This document shows positions 10,004 through 18,813 of a stretch of 56,443 nt of DNA, in pieces. Source of the DNA: Patescibacteria group bacterium (GTDB lineage: Bacteria > Patescibacteriota > Patescibacteriia > CAIXNZ01); NCBI GenBank assembly GCA_028714455.1, contig JAQTMG010000006.1, positions 1 to 56,443 of the forward strand, given 5' to 3'. The translations under genes were made by a program, and so were the position numbers. Position 1 is the first letter of the stretch. Each line of letters begins with the position of its first letter. A model generated the notes under the pieces. That model saw nothing but the letters and a program-made list of their open reading frames with translations. It ran no database searches and was not told the DNA's origin.

Positions 10004-11776
10004 TTATTTCTTATCGGGAGCGATGTGATAATAGTTGAGAATAAATTCGGAGAGGCGGCTGAAAAGCGGCGCGGCCGTGACCGAAGCGTAACTGCCCTTC
10101 TTGGGATTTTCAAATTTAATAATCATGACAAAAGCCGGATCTTCAATCGGCGCGTAGCCGATGAAAGAATGATTGGTGCGATTGGAATAACCGCCGTATT
10201 TATAATCGGGAATCTGGGCCGTACCGGTTTTGCCCGCGATATAATAGCCGGGAACTTTGGCCATCGTGCCCTCACCTCTTTCCACCACATTAACCAACAT
10301 GCCGGTCAGCAGCGTGGCGGTTTTAGAAGAAATTACCTGCACCGGTTTTGAAGGGCCATATTTTATTCTGGTCCCATCAGAAGTTCTGATTTCATCAACG
10401 ATGTAAGGTTTTACCAATTTACCGCCGTTGGCAATCGCCGAATAGGCCTGGACCATCTGCAAATTAGTCGCCGTGATGCCCTGACCAAAAGACGCGGTGG
10501 CCACCCAGATGTCGCCTTTCTTTTTTAAAGAATCAATATTGCCGGCGGCTTCGTTATCAAGTTGAATGCCGGTTTTTTGGCCAAAGCCGAATTTTTCCAC
10601 GTATCTTTTGAAATCATTCTTGTCCATCTGCTGAACCACGAAAATCGTGCCCAAATTCAGCGAATGCTGTAAGACTTCGGTCATAGTCTGAATTCCGTGA
10701 GATTTTTTATCCCAATCACGGATGGTAAAATCATCAATCGTCACTTGCCCCACGTCGTTAAAAGTAGTGTCTGGAGTTATGACGCCCAGGTCAAGGCCAG
10801 CGGCCATGGTCACAGCTTTAAAAATCGAACCAACCTCGTAAGGCTCTGAAACTCCCAAATTATTAAAGGCACTGGGGCTTTCTACTTTGTTATATTCATT
10901 TGGATTAAAATCCGGATAAGAACACATAGCCAAAATAGCGCCGGTTTTCGGGTCCATCACAATCGCTGAACCGCTGTCAGCTTCAATATTTTTTGCCTGC
11001 TCATTCAACTTGCTGCAAACCTGATATTCAATGGTTTTATCAATCGTTAAAATTATGTCTGACCCATCCTTTGAGGGTTCAAATTTTTTTTCGCCGACTG
11101 AAATCATGCGACCGGCCGTGTCTTTTTCTGATTGAATCACGCCGGTGATGCCCGAGAGATCTTTGTCAAAATAACCTTCAACGCCGTAAAGACCTTTTTT
11201 CAAACCATTGCTGTCGTAGCCCAAATAGCCCAGCACGTTGGCGCCGATATTATTTTCCGGATAATATCTGAATGTTTCCTTGGAAGAATTAACACCGAAT
11301 ATTCCCAAATTTTTCACTGTTTCGGCCACTTCATCAGAAACCTTATGTTTAAGCGGCTCATAAGCATCGTCTTTCTGCAACTTGGGCAGCAGTTCGCTTT
11401 CCTGCATTTCTAGAATCGGCGCTAAAAGTTTGGCGGCTTCCTCTGGAGATTTTTTTAAATATCTTGGCTCGGCGTAAATTAAATTATAATCTTTGTTAAT
11501 GGCCAGCGGATACAAATTTTCATCCTGATTAAACATGGGGTCGCTCTTGTCTTTAATGTAAATCGAGCCGCGCTCTGGAAAAAGCTTAGTGTAAATGTCG
11601 TGCTGGTCAGAGGCCAGGGCTGAATAAAAATCAAATTTCATAACCTGAAAATCAAAAAGCTTTCCTATAATCAAAAGAGCGAAGATAGCAAAAAAATAGG
11701 CCAAGAGCAGAAGACGCCAGTCCCTTTTTACTTTATTGCGAAAAAGCTTGGCCCGATTTTTTCCCAAAAAAAACAT
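10004..11776 (-). CDS. ftsI: Penicillin-binding protein 2 / FtsI-type D,D-transpeptidase
   Basis: 590 aa. N-terminal TM, PBP dimerisation domain, transpeptidase motifs (probable SxxK in GSIFKAV, KTGTAQ). Confidence 0.9.
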   Translation of the reverse strand: MFFLGKNRAKLFRNKVKRDWRLLLLAYFFAIFALLIIGKLFDFQVMKFDFYSALASDQHDIYTKLFPERGSIYIKDKSDPMFNQDENLYPLAINKDYNLIYAEPRYLKKSPEEAAKLLAPILEMQESELLPKLQKDDAYEPLKHKVSDEVAETVKNLGIFGVNSSKETFRYYPENNIGANVLGYLGYDSNGLKKGLYGVEGYFDKDLSGITGVIQSEKDTAGRMISVGEKKFEPSKDGSDIILTIDKTIEYQVCSKLNEQAKNIEADSGSAIVMDPKTGAILAMCSYPDFNPNEYNKVESPSAFNNLGVSEPYEVGSIFKAVTMAAGLDLGVITPDTTFNDVGQVTIDDFTIRDWDKKSHGIQTMTEVLQHSLNLGTIFVVQQMDKNDFKRYVEKFGFGQKTGIQLDNEAAGNIDSLKKKGDIWVATASFGQGITATNLQMVQAYSAIANGGKLVKPYIVDEIRTSDGTRIKYGPSKPVQVISSKTATLLTGMLVNVVERGEGTMAKVPGYYIAGKTGTAQIPDYKYGGYSNRTNHSFIGYAPIEDPAFVMIIKFENPKKGSYASVTAAPLFSRLSEFILNYYHIAPDKK

Positions 11777-12112
11777 TTAGATTACGTTAAAAATTGCCAG
11801 CAAAAAAATAATAACCCCGGCCACGAACAGGGTGAGAATCGTAGTCAAGACAGTTAAAATTGCTTCTTTTATTTTTTTAGTTAAAGCCAGATAAGCAGGG
11901 TAACCTAGAACCAAGAAGCCAGAAACAGCGGCGCTGAAAACAAAAAGGAGTAGCATTGAAAGCGCGCCCACGACCTGATTGATCATGATTGTAATTTCGT
12001 TTAGGTAATTCATCAGCAAAGCGATGAGCAAGATGTAGATAATCTCCAGGATTCCCCCGCCGATGCCGAACTTGTAAATGTTTTTCTTTTCGAATTTTCT
12101 GAACAAAGCCAT
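11777..12112 (-). CDS. Small membrane protein (3 TM), hypothetical
   Basis: 111 aa, hydrophobic. Occupies the ftsL position before ftsI but has 3 TM, so it is not called FtsL. Confidence 0.55.
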   Translation of the reverse strand: MALFRKFEKKNIYKFGIGGGILEIIYILLIALLMNYLNEITIMINQVVGALSMLLLFVFSAAVSGFLVLGYPAYLALTKKIKEAILTVLTTILTLFVAGVIIFLLAIFNVI

Positions 12113-12131
12113 AATTTTTTATTTTAGTTTA

Positions 12132-12464
12132 TTAAAATTCTAAATTTGCCATTTCAATTTTTTCCCAATTGTCGCCCGATTCGTCCCATTTGTAAGCCAC
12201 CATCCTTCTGACTTTTTCAGTATCTGAAGTGATGTACTCAACCTTGGTATCCGAGCCGATTCTTTTGGAATAAGTGGTTTTTTTATCAATAACCAAGGGT
12301 TTAACGATGTATTCCAACTTCATTTTGCCCAGCGGCCCGTTAAAAATTAATTCTTCTTTCGTACCTCCACCTTCAACTTCTGATAATTGCAAAACTTGAT
12401 TTTCTAAAATTCCAAAATTCTTTTTAACCAAATCTTTTATTTCACCCCATCTTTCCTCATTCAT
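12132..12464 (-). CDS. Hypothetical protein
   Basis: Start taken at MNEERWGEIK (ATG 12464). The longer ORF would run through the ATTCT word module. Confidence 0.55.
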   Translation of the reverse strand: MNEERWGEIKDLVKKNFGILENQVLQLSEVEGGGTKEELIFNGPLGKMKLEYIVKPLVIDKKTTYSKRIGSDTKVEYITSDTEKVRRMVAYKWDESGDNWEKIEMANLEF

Positions 12465-12502
12465 ATTTTTAGAATTAAGAATTAAGAATCTAGAATATAG
12501 AA
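12465..12502 (-). repeat. ATTCT word module abutting a start codon
   Basis: Minus strand aattctatattctagattcttaattcttaattctaaaaatATG. Confidence 0.55.
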
Positions 12503-13051
12503 TTATTTTTTGGAAAAAACACACCCGCAATAATCTTGTCTATACAAGCCCAATTGTTTAGCCAGCCAATCAGAAACCTGCACGCCAAAATTCTTTTTAA
12601 AATCCCAGTCGTAAAATTTCACTCTATATTTACTTTCGGCTTTGCGGCCAGCATCTAAAACCTGCAAAGAATTTTTCTGCCTGCCCATGGTTAAAGTCGT
12701 AGAAAACCAGTCAAAATTATTTTCTTTGGCATAACCGGCTGTTTTACCGAGGCGAAAATTAAAGCATAGATTGCAGCGAAATCCTTTTTCCGGCTCATGT
12801 TCAAAACCCCTGATAAAATTTAGCCAAGATTTGTTGTCATAATCTTCTTCAACATAATCAAGACCCCGACTCTGGCAAAATTTCTTAATTTCTGAAAGCC
12901 GCTGCAAATATTCTTCCTCGGGAAAAATATTGGGATTGAAAAAATAAACAGTCAGATCAAATTTATCCAAAAGCTGATTAATTATATAGATACTGCACGG
13001 CGCACAGCAAGTATGCAATAACAATTTTTGTTTATGATTTTCAGACACCAT
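12503..13051 (-). CDS. queH: Epoxyqueuosine reductase QueH (DUF208)
   Basis: 182 aa. N-terminal LLLHTCCAPCS and C-terminal YRQDYCGCVFS cysteine motifs typical of DUF208. Confidence 0.85.
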   Translation of the reverse strand: MVSENHKQKLLLHTCCAPCSIYIINQLLDKFDLTVYFFNPNIFPEEEYLQRLSEIKKFCQSRGLDYVEEDYDNKSWLNFIRGFEHEPEKGFRCNLCFNFRLGKTAGYAKENNFDWFSTTLTMGRQKNSLQVLDAGRKAESKYRVKFYDWDFKKNFGVQVSDWLAKQLGLYRQDYCGCVFSKK

Positions 13052-13085
13052 TCTTGCTAAATAAATTAATCAAAAATTGTAAACT

Positions 13086-13180
13086 CCAAGTTCCAAGCAC
13101 CAAATACCAAAAGTTTGGAATTTTTAATTTGAAAATTATAATTTGTTTGTTATTTGGAATTTGGTTATTGGAATTTCAAA
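13086..13180. repeat. TTGGAAT/TTCCAAG word-repeat spacer
   Basis: ccaagttccaag followed by three tttggaattt-type words in the intergenic spacer. Confidence 0.5.
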
Positions 13181-13187
13181 ATTCAAG

Positions 13188-13529
13188 TTAATCTCGTTTA
13201 AAAAGCCAGTTGGTCAGCCAGGAAACAATCCACATAATCAAAGCGCCAATAAAAGCGGCCTTAAAATCCGCTACCACAAAACCTTTGACAACAGTACTGG
13301 TCAGCCAAAACAGCAAGGCGTTGATAATCAAGGTGAAAAGTCCCAGAGTCAGGATATTCACTGGCAAAGTCAGAATAATCAAAATTGGTCTTAACAGGGC
13401 GTTGACTATACCCAAAACCAGCGCCGCGATTAAAGCGGCATAAAAACCTGACACGCCAATGCCTGGCACATAATAAGCAATGGCTAAAATGGCTAAAGCG
13501 TTGATTAGCCAGCGTAAAAGTAAATACAT
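13188..13529 (-). CDS. Phage-holin-4-like / DUF360 membrane protein
   Basis: 113 aa, 4 TM, LRWLINALAILAIAYYVPGI... typical of the YvlD/DUF360 family. Confidence 0.7.
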   Translation of the reverse strand: MYLLLRWLINALAILAIAYYVPGIGVSGFYAALIAALVLGIVNALLRPILIILTLPVNILTLGLFTLIINALLFWLTSTVVKGFVVADFKAAFIGALIMWIVSWLTNWLFKRD

Positions 13530-13574
13530 ACTTTTTGCTTAATATTTAGTTCTTATTTATATTTTAGCAAAAAA

Positions 13575-13606
13575 ACAACAAAAAAACCAGCGCCGTTAGA
13601 GCGCTG
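13575..13606 (-). terminator. Intrinsic terminator after rarA
   Basis: Stem CAGCGC/GCGCTG (13588..13593 / 13601..13606) followed by U7 on the minus strand. Confidence 0.7.
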
Positions 13607-13608
13607 AT

Positions 13609-14850
13609 TTAATCTAAATACTTTTTTCCTTTTAACTTTTCCGGTAAATAATCCTGTTTTTCTTCATAGTTATAATTCGGGGAATATTTATAATCTTTGC
13701 CATAACCCAAATTTTTCATCAAATCAGTTGGCGCATTTCTGATATGCAATGGCACTGGTTCATTAGGCAAATCTTTGATATCGCGCTTAACTTTATTAAT
13801 CGCCTCATACAATTTATTACTCTTGGGCGACTTAGCCAGGTAAGCCACGGCTTGGGCTAAAATAACATCACATTCAGGATAACCTAAATAATGACAGGCC
13901 GTGTAAGCCGAAACTGCCTGAATCAAAGCGTTGGGGTCTGCCAAACCAATATCCTCGGAGGCAAATCTAACCAAACGTCTGGCAACGTATAAGGGATCCT
14001 CGCCAGATTCAACCATTCTGCCCAGCCAATACAAAGCGGCGTTAACATCGGAACCGCGCATGCTTTTGTGCAGGGCGGAAATAATATTGTAATGCTCTTC
14101 GCCGGCTTTGTCGTACAAATAACTTTTTTGCAGAGCCTGTTCAATGACTTTTTTGTCCAAAGTTATCCCGCCGGTTTTATTTTTGCCAGTTGAATTAACG
14201 GCAAATTCCAAGGCGTTTAAGGCAGTACGCGCATCGCCGTTGGATAAATTAGACAAAAAATCTAAAATTTCATCTGAAATCTTTATTGATAAATTTCCCA
14301 AGCCTCTTTCCTTATTATTAATCGCCGCTTGTACAATTTTTTTAATCTGCTCATTATCAAGCTGGTTTAAAACAAAGACCCGACATCGGGAAAGCAGGGC
14401 TGAATTGACTTCGAATGAGGGATTTTCCGTGGTGGCGCCAATCAAAGTGACAATGCCCTTTTCCACGTAAGGTAAGAGCGCGTCCTGCTGTGATTTATTC
14501 CAGCGGTGGATTTCATCAATAAACAAAATGGTTTTTTGCAGTTTGAATTTCTTGCGATCAATCGCTTCTTTAATTACCTCGCGCAATTCTTTGACGCCAG
14601 TGGTCACGGCTGAAAAAGGCACAAAGACAGCTTGGGTTTTTTCAGCAATAATTTTAGCCAGAGTTGTTTTACCAGTGCCTGGCGGTCCCCAAAAAATAAT
14701 TGAAGGCAAATTATCACCATCAATTGCCTTGCGTAGTAAAGTGCCTTGGCCCACAATCTGCTGCTGACCGACAAATTCTTCAAAATTCAGCGGCCTCATT
14801 CTGTCGGCCAATGGCGCGTCCTTTTTTAAATTTTGTTCAAATAGATCCAT
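13609..14850 (-). CDS. rarA: Replication-associated recombination protein A (AAA+ ATPase)
   Basis: 413 aa. Walker A GPPGTGKTT, Walker B ILFIDEIHR, C-terminal MgsA domain (YDKAGEEHYNIISALHKSMRGSD). Confidence 0.9.
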   Translation of the reverse strand: MDLFEQNLKKDAPLADRMRPLNFEEFVGQQQIVGQGTLLRKAIDGDNLPSIIFWGPPGTGKTTLAKIIAEKTQAVFVPFSAVTTGVKELREVIKEAIDRKKFKLQKTILFIDEIHRWNKSQQDALLPYVEKGIVTLIGATTENPSFEVNSALLSRCRVFVLNQLDNEQIKKIVQAAINNKERGLGNLSIKISDEILDFLSNLSNGDARTALNALEFAVNSTGKNKTGGITLDKKVIEQALQKSYLYDKAGEEHYNIISALHKSMRGSDVNAALYWLGRMVESGEDPLYVARRLVRFASEDIGLADPNALIQAVSAYTACHYLGYPECDVILAQAVAYLAKSPKSNKLYEAINKVKRDIKDLPNEPVPLHIRNAPTDLMKNLGYGKDYKYSPNYNYEEKQDYLPEKLKGKKYLD

Positions 14851-14890
14851 AGGTTACGAATTTACGAAACTATACGAATATACGAATGTT
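14851..14890 (-). repeat. ATTCGTA four-word module abutting the rarA start codon
   Basis: Minus strand ATTCGTAtATTCGTAtagTTTCGTAaATTCGTAacctATG. Word starts at 0, 8, 18, 26. Confidence 0.6.
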
Positions 14891-14947
14891 CAAAAAAATG
14901 AATTAATAAGCATTATTAGGGTATTCGCATTTTAACAAAATTAATCC

Positions 14948-14989
14948 AAAAGAAAAAGCCCCGAACTTCTTTGGCAGAAGCGCGAGGCT
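14948..14989 (-). terminator. Intrinsic terminator after the GC-rich two-gene cassette
   Basis: AGCCUCG..CGGGGCU outer stem plus CUUCU/AGAAG inner stem, then a U-run (minus strand). Confidence 0.55.
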
Positions 14990-14997
14990 TGTTGAGG

Positions 14998-15267
14998 TTA
15001 ATGAACCGATGGTGGCGGCAGAATTTCTGCCCCGGCCATTTCTTCGGCACTGGGCGCCTGGCTAAGGCCAAGCAAGTTGTGCGGCGAGAAAATGTACCAT
15101 TTGTCATCGCCGTTGGTGCCGAGGCACGGCGAGGACAGCTCCGAGACCGGCATGAGCTCGACCCCGCCGAAATCCTTTTTCGGGATGAGAACCGAGACCC
15201 AACCCTGGACAAAAATGTCGCCGTTGGGCATTTCGAAAATTCCTTCGATCCCTCTGTTTCTTTCCAT
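14998..15267 (-). CDS. Hypothetical protein (orphan, GC-rich cassette gene 2)
   Basis: 89 aa. AAAGGAGGAC Shine-Dalgarno 4 nt before the ATG. No motif recognised. Confidence 0.55.
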   Translation of the reverse strand: MERNRGIEGIFEMPNGDIFVQGWVSVLIPKKDFGGVELMPVSELSSPCLGTNGDDKWYIFSPHNLLGLSQAPSAEEMAGAEILPPPSVH

Positions 15268-15293
15268 TTTGTCCTCCTTTATTGGGCTTGGGT

Positions 15294-15722
15294 TTACGCG
15301 GCCACCTTGATGAAATTCTGGTCAAAAAGGAACCAGTAGTTTTCCATGGTCAGGCCGCCTTTGAAAAGATCCGAGGTGAAATAATCGAGGATCCGATCAA
15401 GGACCTTTTTCTGGAGCCGGGGGTCCGAGTATTTTTCAGCTTCTGCGAAAATGTGCAACTGCTCCAGCATGATGAAAAAATTCATCTCCGCTTTTGCCGT
15501 TTCGCAGATCAGCCGACCATCGCGGTAGATGACCTCGTTGCAGCCCTGCTCCTGTTTAAGGAACGCAACCGGCACCTTGCCGCTGATTTCTGTTACGGTG
15601 TTGCCGATGATACGCAGTCCGATGGTATCGGGTTTTTTCAGCTTGTCCTCGGGCAAAGTCGCGATTTGGATCCCGGTTTGGGTTTTGCCGAAATAGTAAG
15701 CCAACTGTCTCATCTGCGCCAT
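15294..15722 (-). CDS. Hypothetical protein (orphan, GC-rich cassette gene 1)
   Basis: 142 aa. AAGGAGGGAAAACC-ATG Shine-Dalgarno. No motif recognised. The antisense ORFs look like high-GC artefacts. Confidence 0.6.
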   Translation of the reverse strand: MAQMRQLAYYFGKTQTGIQIATLPEDKLKKPDTIGLRIIGNTVTEISGKVPVAFLKQEQGCNEVIYRDGRLICETAKAEMNFFIMLEQLHIFAEAEKYSDPRLQKKVLDRILDYFTSDLFKGGLTMENYWFLFDQNFIKVAA

Positions 15723-15783
15723 GGTTTTCCCTCCTTGGGATTTATTCGGGTTTAATTTTAAATAACCTTTTTTATATTTTTAT

Positions 15784-15812
15784 ATCATATCACATTTTTG
15801 TGATTTTGTCAA
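15784..15812 (-). promoter_or_regulatory. Consensus promoter TTGACA-17-TATGAT for the GC-rich cassette
   Basis: Minus strand TTGACA (15812..15807), 17 nt, TATGAT (15789..15784). Confidence 0.6.
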
Positions 15813-15925
15813 TAGTAAAACATTCATAAAATCAAAAAAATGGCTAAAATTAGCCATCCTTGACTTCCGCAACTTATTGACGATTTTATGTTGCCTCAAT
15901 AAATTAAGGCATTCAAAGGGGGTGT

Positions 15926-17656
15926 TTATGATTTAAGCCATTTTTGCAATTTTTCCAAATCCCAGGAATTAATCACATCGTTTTTCGTGGCCCAGCCGCG
16001 GCGAGCCGTGGCAATGCCATATTTAATCAAATCCATGTGTTCAAGAGCGTGGGAATCAGAATCAATGCAAATTTTACAGCCATAACTTATGGCATCTTTA
16101 ATCAAGGTGTCTTTCAAATCCAAACGTTCTGGAAAGGAATTAACTTCAAGCGCGACTTTATATTTGGCACAAGCCTTAAAAACATCGACCCATTCAACGT
16201 CATAGCCGGGTCTGTGTCCAAGCAAGCGTCCCGAAGGATGACCCAAAACTTTAATCCCCTGTTTTATGGCGGAGATAATACGCTTGGTCATTTCCGCTTC
16301 TGTCTGGTTAAAAGCGGAATGAACCGAGCCAATGCCGTAATCAAGTTTTTTCAAAACTTCTTGGCTGATGTCTAATTTGCCGTCAGCGTTTATATTTATC
16401 TCGGCGCCAGCCAAAAGTTTAATGCCTTTTATTTTTTTATTCACCTTTTCAATCTCGGCTTTATGTTTTAACAGTTGTTGATTCGATAAACCGCGAGCCA
16501 CGCCCAGACCGTGAGTGTGGTCTGAAATGCCCAGATATTTATATTTTTTGGAGATGGCTTTCTGGGCCAATTCTTCAACCGTGTTATGTCCATCGCTGGA
16601 TTTAGTGTGGCAATGCAAATCACCTCGCAAATCATTATAGCCGATCAGCTTCGGCAGTTTGTGAGCCAGGGCCGCTTCAATTTCTCCCCTATCCTCGCGC
16701 AATTCCGGCTCTGGATAATCCAGACCCAAAAATTCATAAACCTTTTTCTCGTCGCTAAAATGATAAAGTTTATTTTTTCTCAAATCTTTAACGCCAAATT
16801 CTGATATCCTGATTTTATTTTTTTCAGCCCAGGTTCTCAAGTGAACATTATGCTCTTTGGAACCAGTAAAATGTTGCAAAAGCGAACCATAATCAATTTC
16901 AGGCAAAATTTCCACATCCATTCTGATATTTTTCTTATGCAAGATGGAAATCTTGGTATCGCCTTTCATCAAAATATCTTTCACAAAGGGCGCTTTGGCA
17001 AAATATTCCACAATTTCTTTTGGCTTTGGGGTTGAAGCAACCAAATCAATATCGCCAATCGTTTCCTTCATTCTGCGCAATGAACCAACCGCGTCACATC
17101 TTTTTACCAGTTTATTTTTCTTTAAATAATCAAGCGCCTCGTCTGCCAGCGGTCCAGCCGTGGTCAAAACCATGCGCTCGCGCTCTTTCATCTTGGCGCT
17201 TAATTGCTCAATTCCTCGCAAAATATTTTGAGCGGACTTTTCTTTAAAATGAGGCAGTTTTAAAAGCTCGCCGCTTTTGGCAGCTTTTTCAAGTTTGCTA
17301 ATGCTGTCTATTTTTAACTTTTTATAGAGCGCAAAAGCCGTCCTCGCCCCGATTCCAGGCACGCTTGTCAGCACTAGCATTTTTTCAGGGAACTGTTTTG
17401 TTAGTCGTTCATAATATTTCAGATGGCCTGTTTTTATCAGTTCCTCGATTTTCTCGGCAATACTTTCGCCGACTCCGGGAATTTCCTCAAGCGCCTTGAT
17501 TCCGCCTTCTTTATAAACATCTTCAACATCCTTAGTTAAACTGCCAATAATCTCGGCGGCTCGCTCATAAGCGATAACACGAAAACGAGTCTCACCTTTT
17601 ATCTCTAAAATTATGGAGATATTCTTAAAAATTTGGGCGAATTCCTGGTTGGTCAT
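15926..17656 (-). CDS. polX: DNA polymerase X family protein with C-terminal PHP domain
   Basis: HhH motifs, Pol-beta nucleotidyltransferase core (GSLRRMKETIGDIDLV), PHP histidines (DLHCHTKSSDGH). The ORF-track GTG start lies inside a terminator hairpin, so ATG 17656 (MTNQEFAQIF) is used. Confidence 0.9.
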   Translation of the reverse strand: MTNQEFAQIFKNISIILEIKGETRFRVIAYERAAEIIGSLTKDVEDVYKEGGIKALEEIPGVGESIAEKIEELIKTGHLKYYERLTKQFPEKMLVLTSVPGIGARTAFALYKKLKIDSISKLEKAAKSGELLKLPHFKEKSAQNILRGIEQLSAKMKERERMVLTTAGPLADEALDYLKKNKLVKRCDAVGSLRRMKETIGDIDLVASTPKPKEIVEYFAKAPFVKDILMKGDTKISILHKKNIRMDVEILPEIDYGSLLQHFTGSKEHNVHLRTWAEKNKIRISEFGVKDLRKNKLYHFSDEKKVYEFLGLDYPEPELREDRGEIEAALAHKLPKLIGYNDLRGDLHCHTKSSDGHNTVEELAQKAISKKYKYLGISDHTHGLGVARGLSNQQLLKHKAEIEKVNKKIKGIKLLAGAEININADGKLDISQEVLKKLDYGIGSVHSAFNQTEAEMTKRIISAIKQGIKVLGHPSGRLLGHRPGYDVEWVDVFKACAKYKVALEVNSFPERLDLKDTLIKDAISYGCKICIDSDSHALEHMDLIKYGIATARRGWATKNDVINSWDLEKLQKWLKS

Positions 17657-17687
17657 ATATAAACATTTTACCATTTTTAACAAAAAA

Positions 17688-17772
17688 GGGCGAAAACGCC
17701 TTGAATAAAAAGTAGAGACGCGGTGCACCGCGTCTCTACATAAAATTTAACATTGATATTGCGTTTTCGCCC
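17688..17772 (-). terminator. Nested double terminator: 12-bp hairpin inside a 12-bp long-range stem
   Basis: Inner GTAGAGACGCGG-TGCA-CCGCGTCTCTAC (17712..17739) plus U5. Outer GGGCGAAAACGC (17688..17699) pairs perfectly with GCGTTTTCGCCC (17761..17772), followed by U6 on minus. Confidence 0.65.
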
Positions 17773-17781
17773 CTTAAACCT

Positions 17782-18024
17782 TTATTTTATTTCCAGTTCT
17801 TTATCAATCGCCGGCTTGTCAAAACCCACGATAATTTTGCCCTCGATGTCCAAAACCGGTACGCCCATCTGACCTGATTTATCAATCATTTCCTGGGCCT
17901 TAGCATTGTCAGAGGTAACATCATAATTGGTAAAAGCAATTTTCTTTTCAGTCAGATAATCCTTGGCCTGATGGCAAAACGGACAAGTTGGCGTGGTGTA
18001 AATTAAAACTTTTTTCTGCGCCAT
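17782..18024 (-). CDS. Glutaredoxin/NrdH-like thioredoxin-fold protein
   Basis: Active site TCPFC, GVPVL motif. ATG at 18024; the longer ORF starts at TTG. Confidence 0.8.
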   Translation of the reverse strand: MAQKKVLIYTTPTCPFCHQAKDYLTEKKIAFTNYDVTSDNAKAQEMIDKSGQMGVPVLDIEGKIIVGFDKPAIDKELEIK

Positions 18025-18072
18025 ATAATTTATATGATTAATTAAACACAAATCTTTCGTGTATTTTGTGAA

Positions 18073-18558
18073 TTAATTCCGCGGTTCAGCCAACAATTTT
18101 CCAATCCATTCCTTGATCTGCGCTTCCACGCTGACTTTGTTCTTTTCAACCGCGCTGAAAAATTTCTGATCGATTATTTCGGCACCGCGAGCGAGTAAGC
18201 GCATGATATTCAAAGTTTTTTCCGCGCCCATACTGTCTTGCGTGCAAAACAGAACAAGTCTTTTTTTCTCTAAATTAGTTTTATCTAAAAATGTTCTTAT
18301 GGCCGGCGGAACACTAGCGACCCAGGTCGGACAGCCCAAAAAAATAATATCATAATTTTCTGGATTCAAATTTATTTCTTCTATCTCGGTCTTAGCCTTG
18401 ACAATCGTATCGTGTCCGGCCCAAAAATATCCCCAAAAACCCTGACGATTTTTTTTATCGATTATCTCTTTCAAATCGGCGCTAAGTTCTTGCGTGATTT
18501 TTTCAGCCACGAACCTGGTGTTGCCGCTTCTCGAATAATATATGACTAATGTTTTCAT
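18073..18558 (-). CDS. Flavodoxin-family protein
   Basis: MKTLVIYYSRSGNTRFVA FMN-loop motif. Start is 1 nt after the upstream stop. Confidence 0.8.
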   Translation of the reverse strand: MKTLVIYYSRSGNTRFVAEKITQELSADLKEIIDKKNRQGFWGYFWAGHDTIVKAKTEIEEINLNPENYDIIFLGCPTWVASVPPAIRTFLDKTNLEKKRLVLFCTQDSMGAEKTLNIMRLLARGAEIIDQKFFSAVEKNKVSVEAQIKEWIGKLLAEPRN

Positions 18559-18559
18559 A

Positions 18560-18808
18560 TTATTTTTTTCTTGGCAAAAACAACTCGATCTCGTCAATTA
18601 TTTTTTTGATATGTTCTATTTTGACGGCGATCAGAAAAGCCGAGAAAGATATTATGAAAAAACTAATGACAAAAATATAGAGTAAAATTGTCGGATAAAA
18701 AAGCATGGCCGCCGCTAAAATAAAAAACAGGATTCCGATTATAATCATGTGCCAGATTATCGAATTCAACTTACTGTTAATTAATTTTGTAATTTTTTGC
18801 TCAAACAT
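18560..18808 (-). CDS. Small membrane protein, hypothetical
   Basis: 82 aa, two TM helices. Confidence 0.5.
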   Translation of the reverse strand: MFEQKITKLINSKLNSIIWHMIIIGILFFILAAAMLFYPTILLYIFVISFFIISFSAFLIAVKIEHIKKIIDEIELFLPRKK

Positions 18809-18813
18809 ATATT

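Noticed and set aside
14971-15755. Plus-strand ORFs of 122 and 157 aa, and other overlapping frames, in the GC-rich cassette.
   Set aside because: They are antisense to SD-led minus-strand genes. They have Leu/Arg/Gly-rich composition and no RBS. High GC removes stop codons in all frames.
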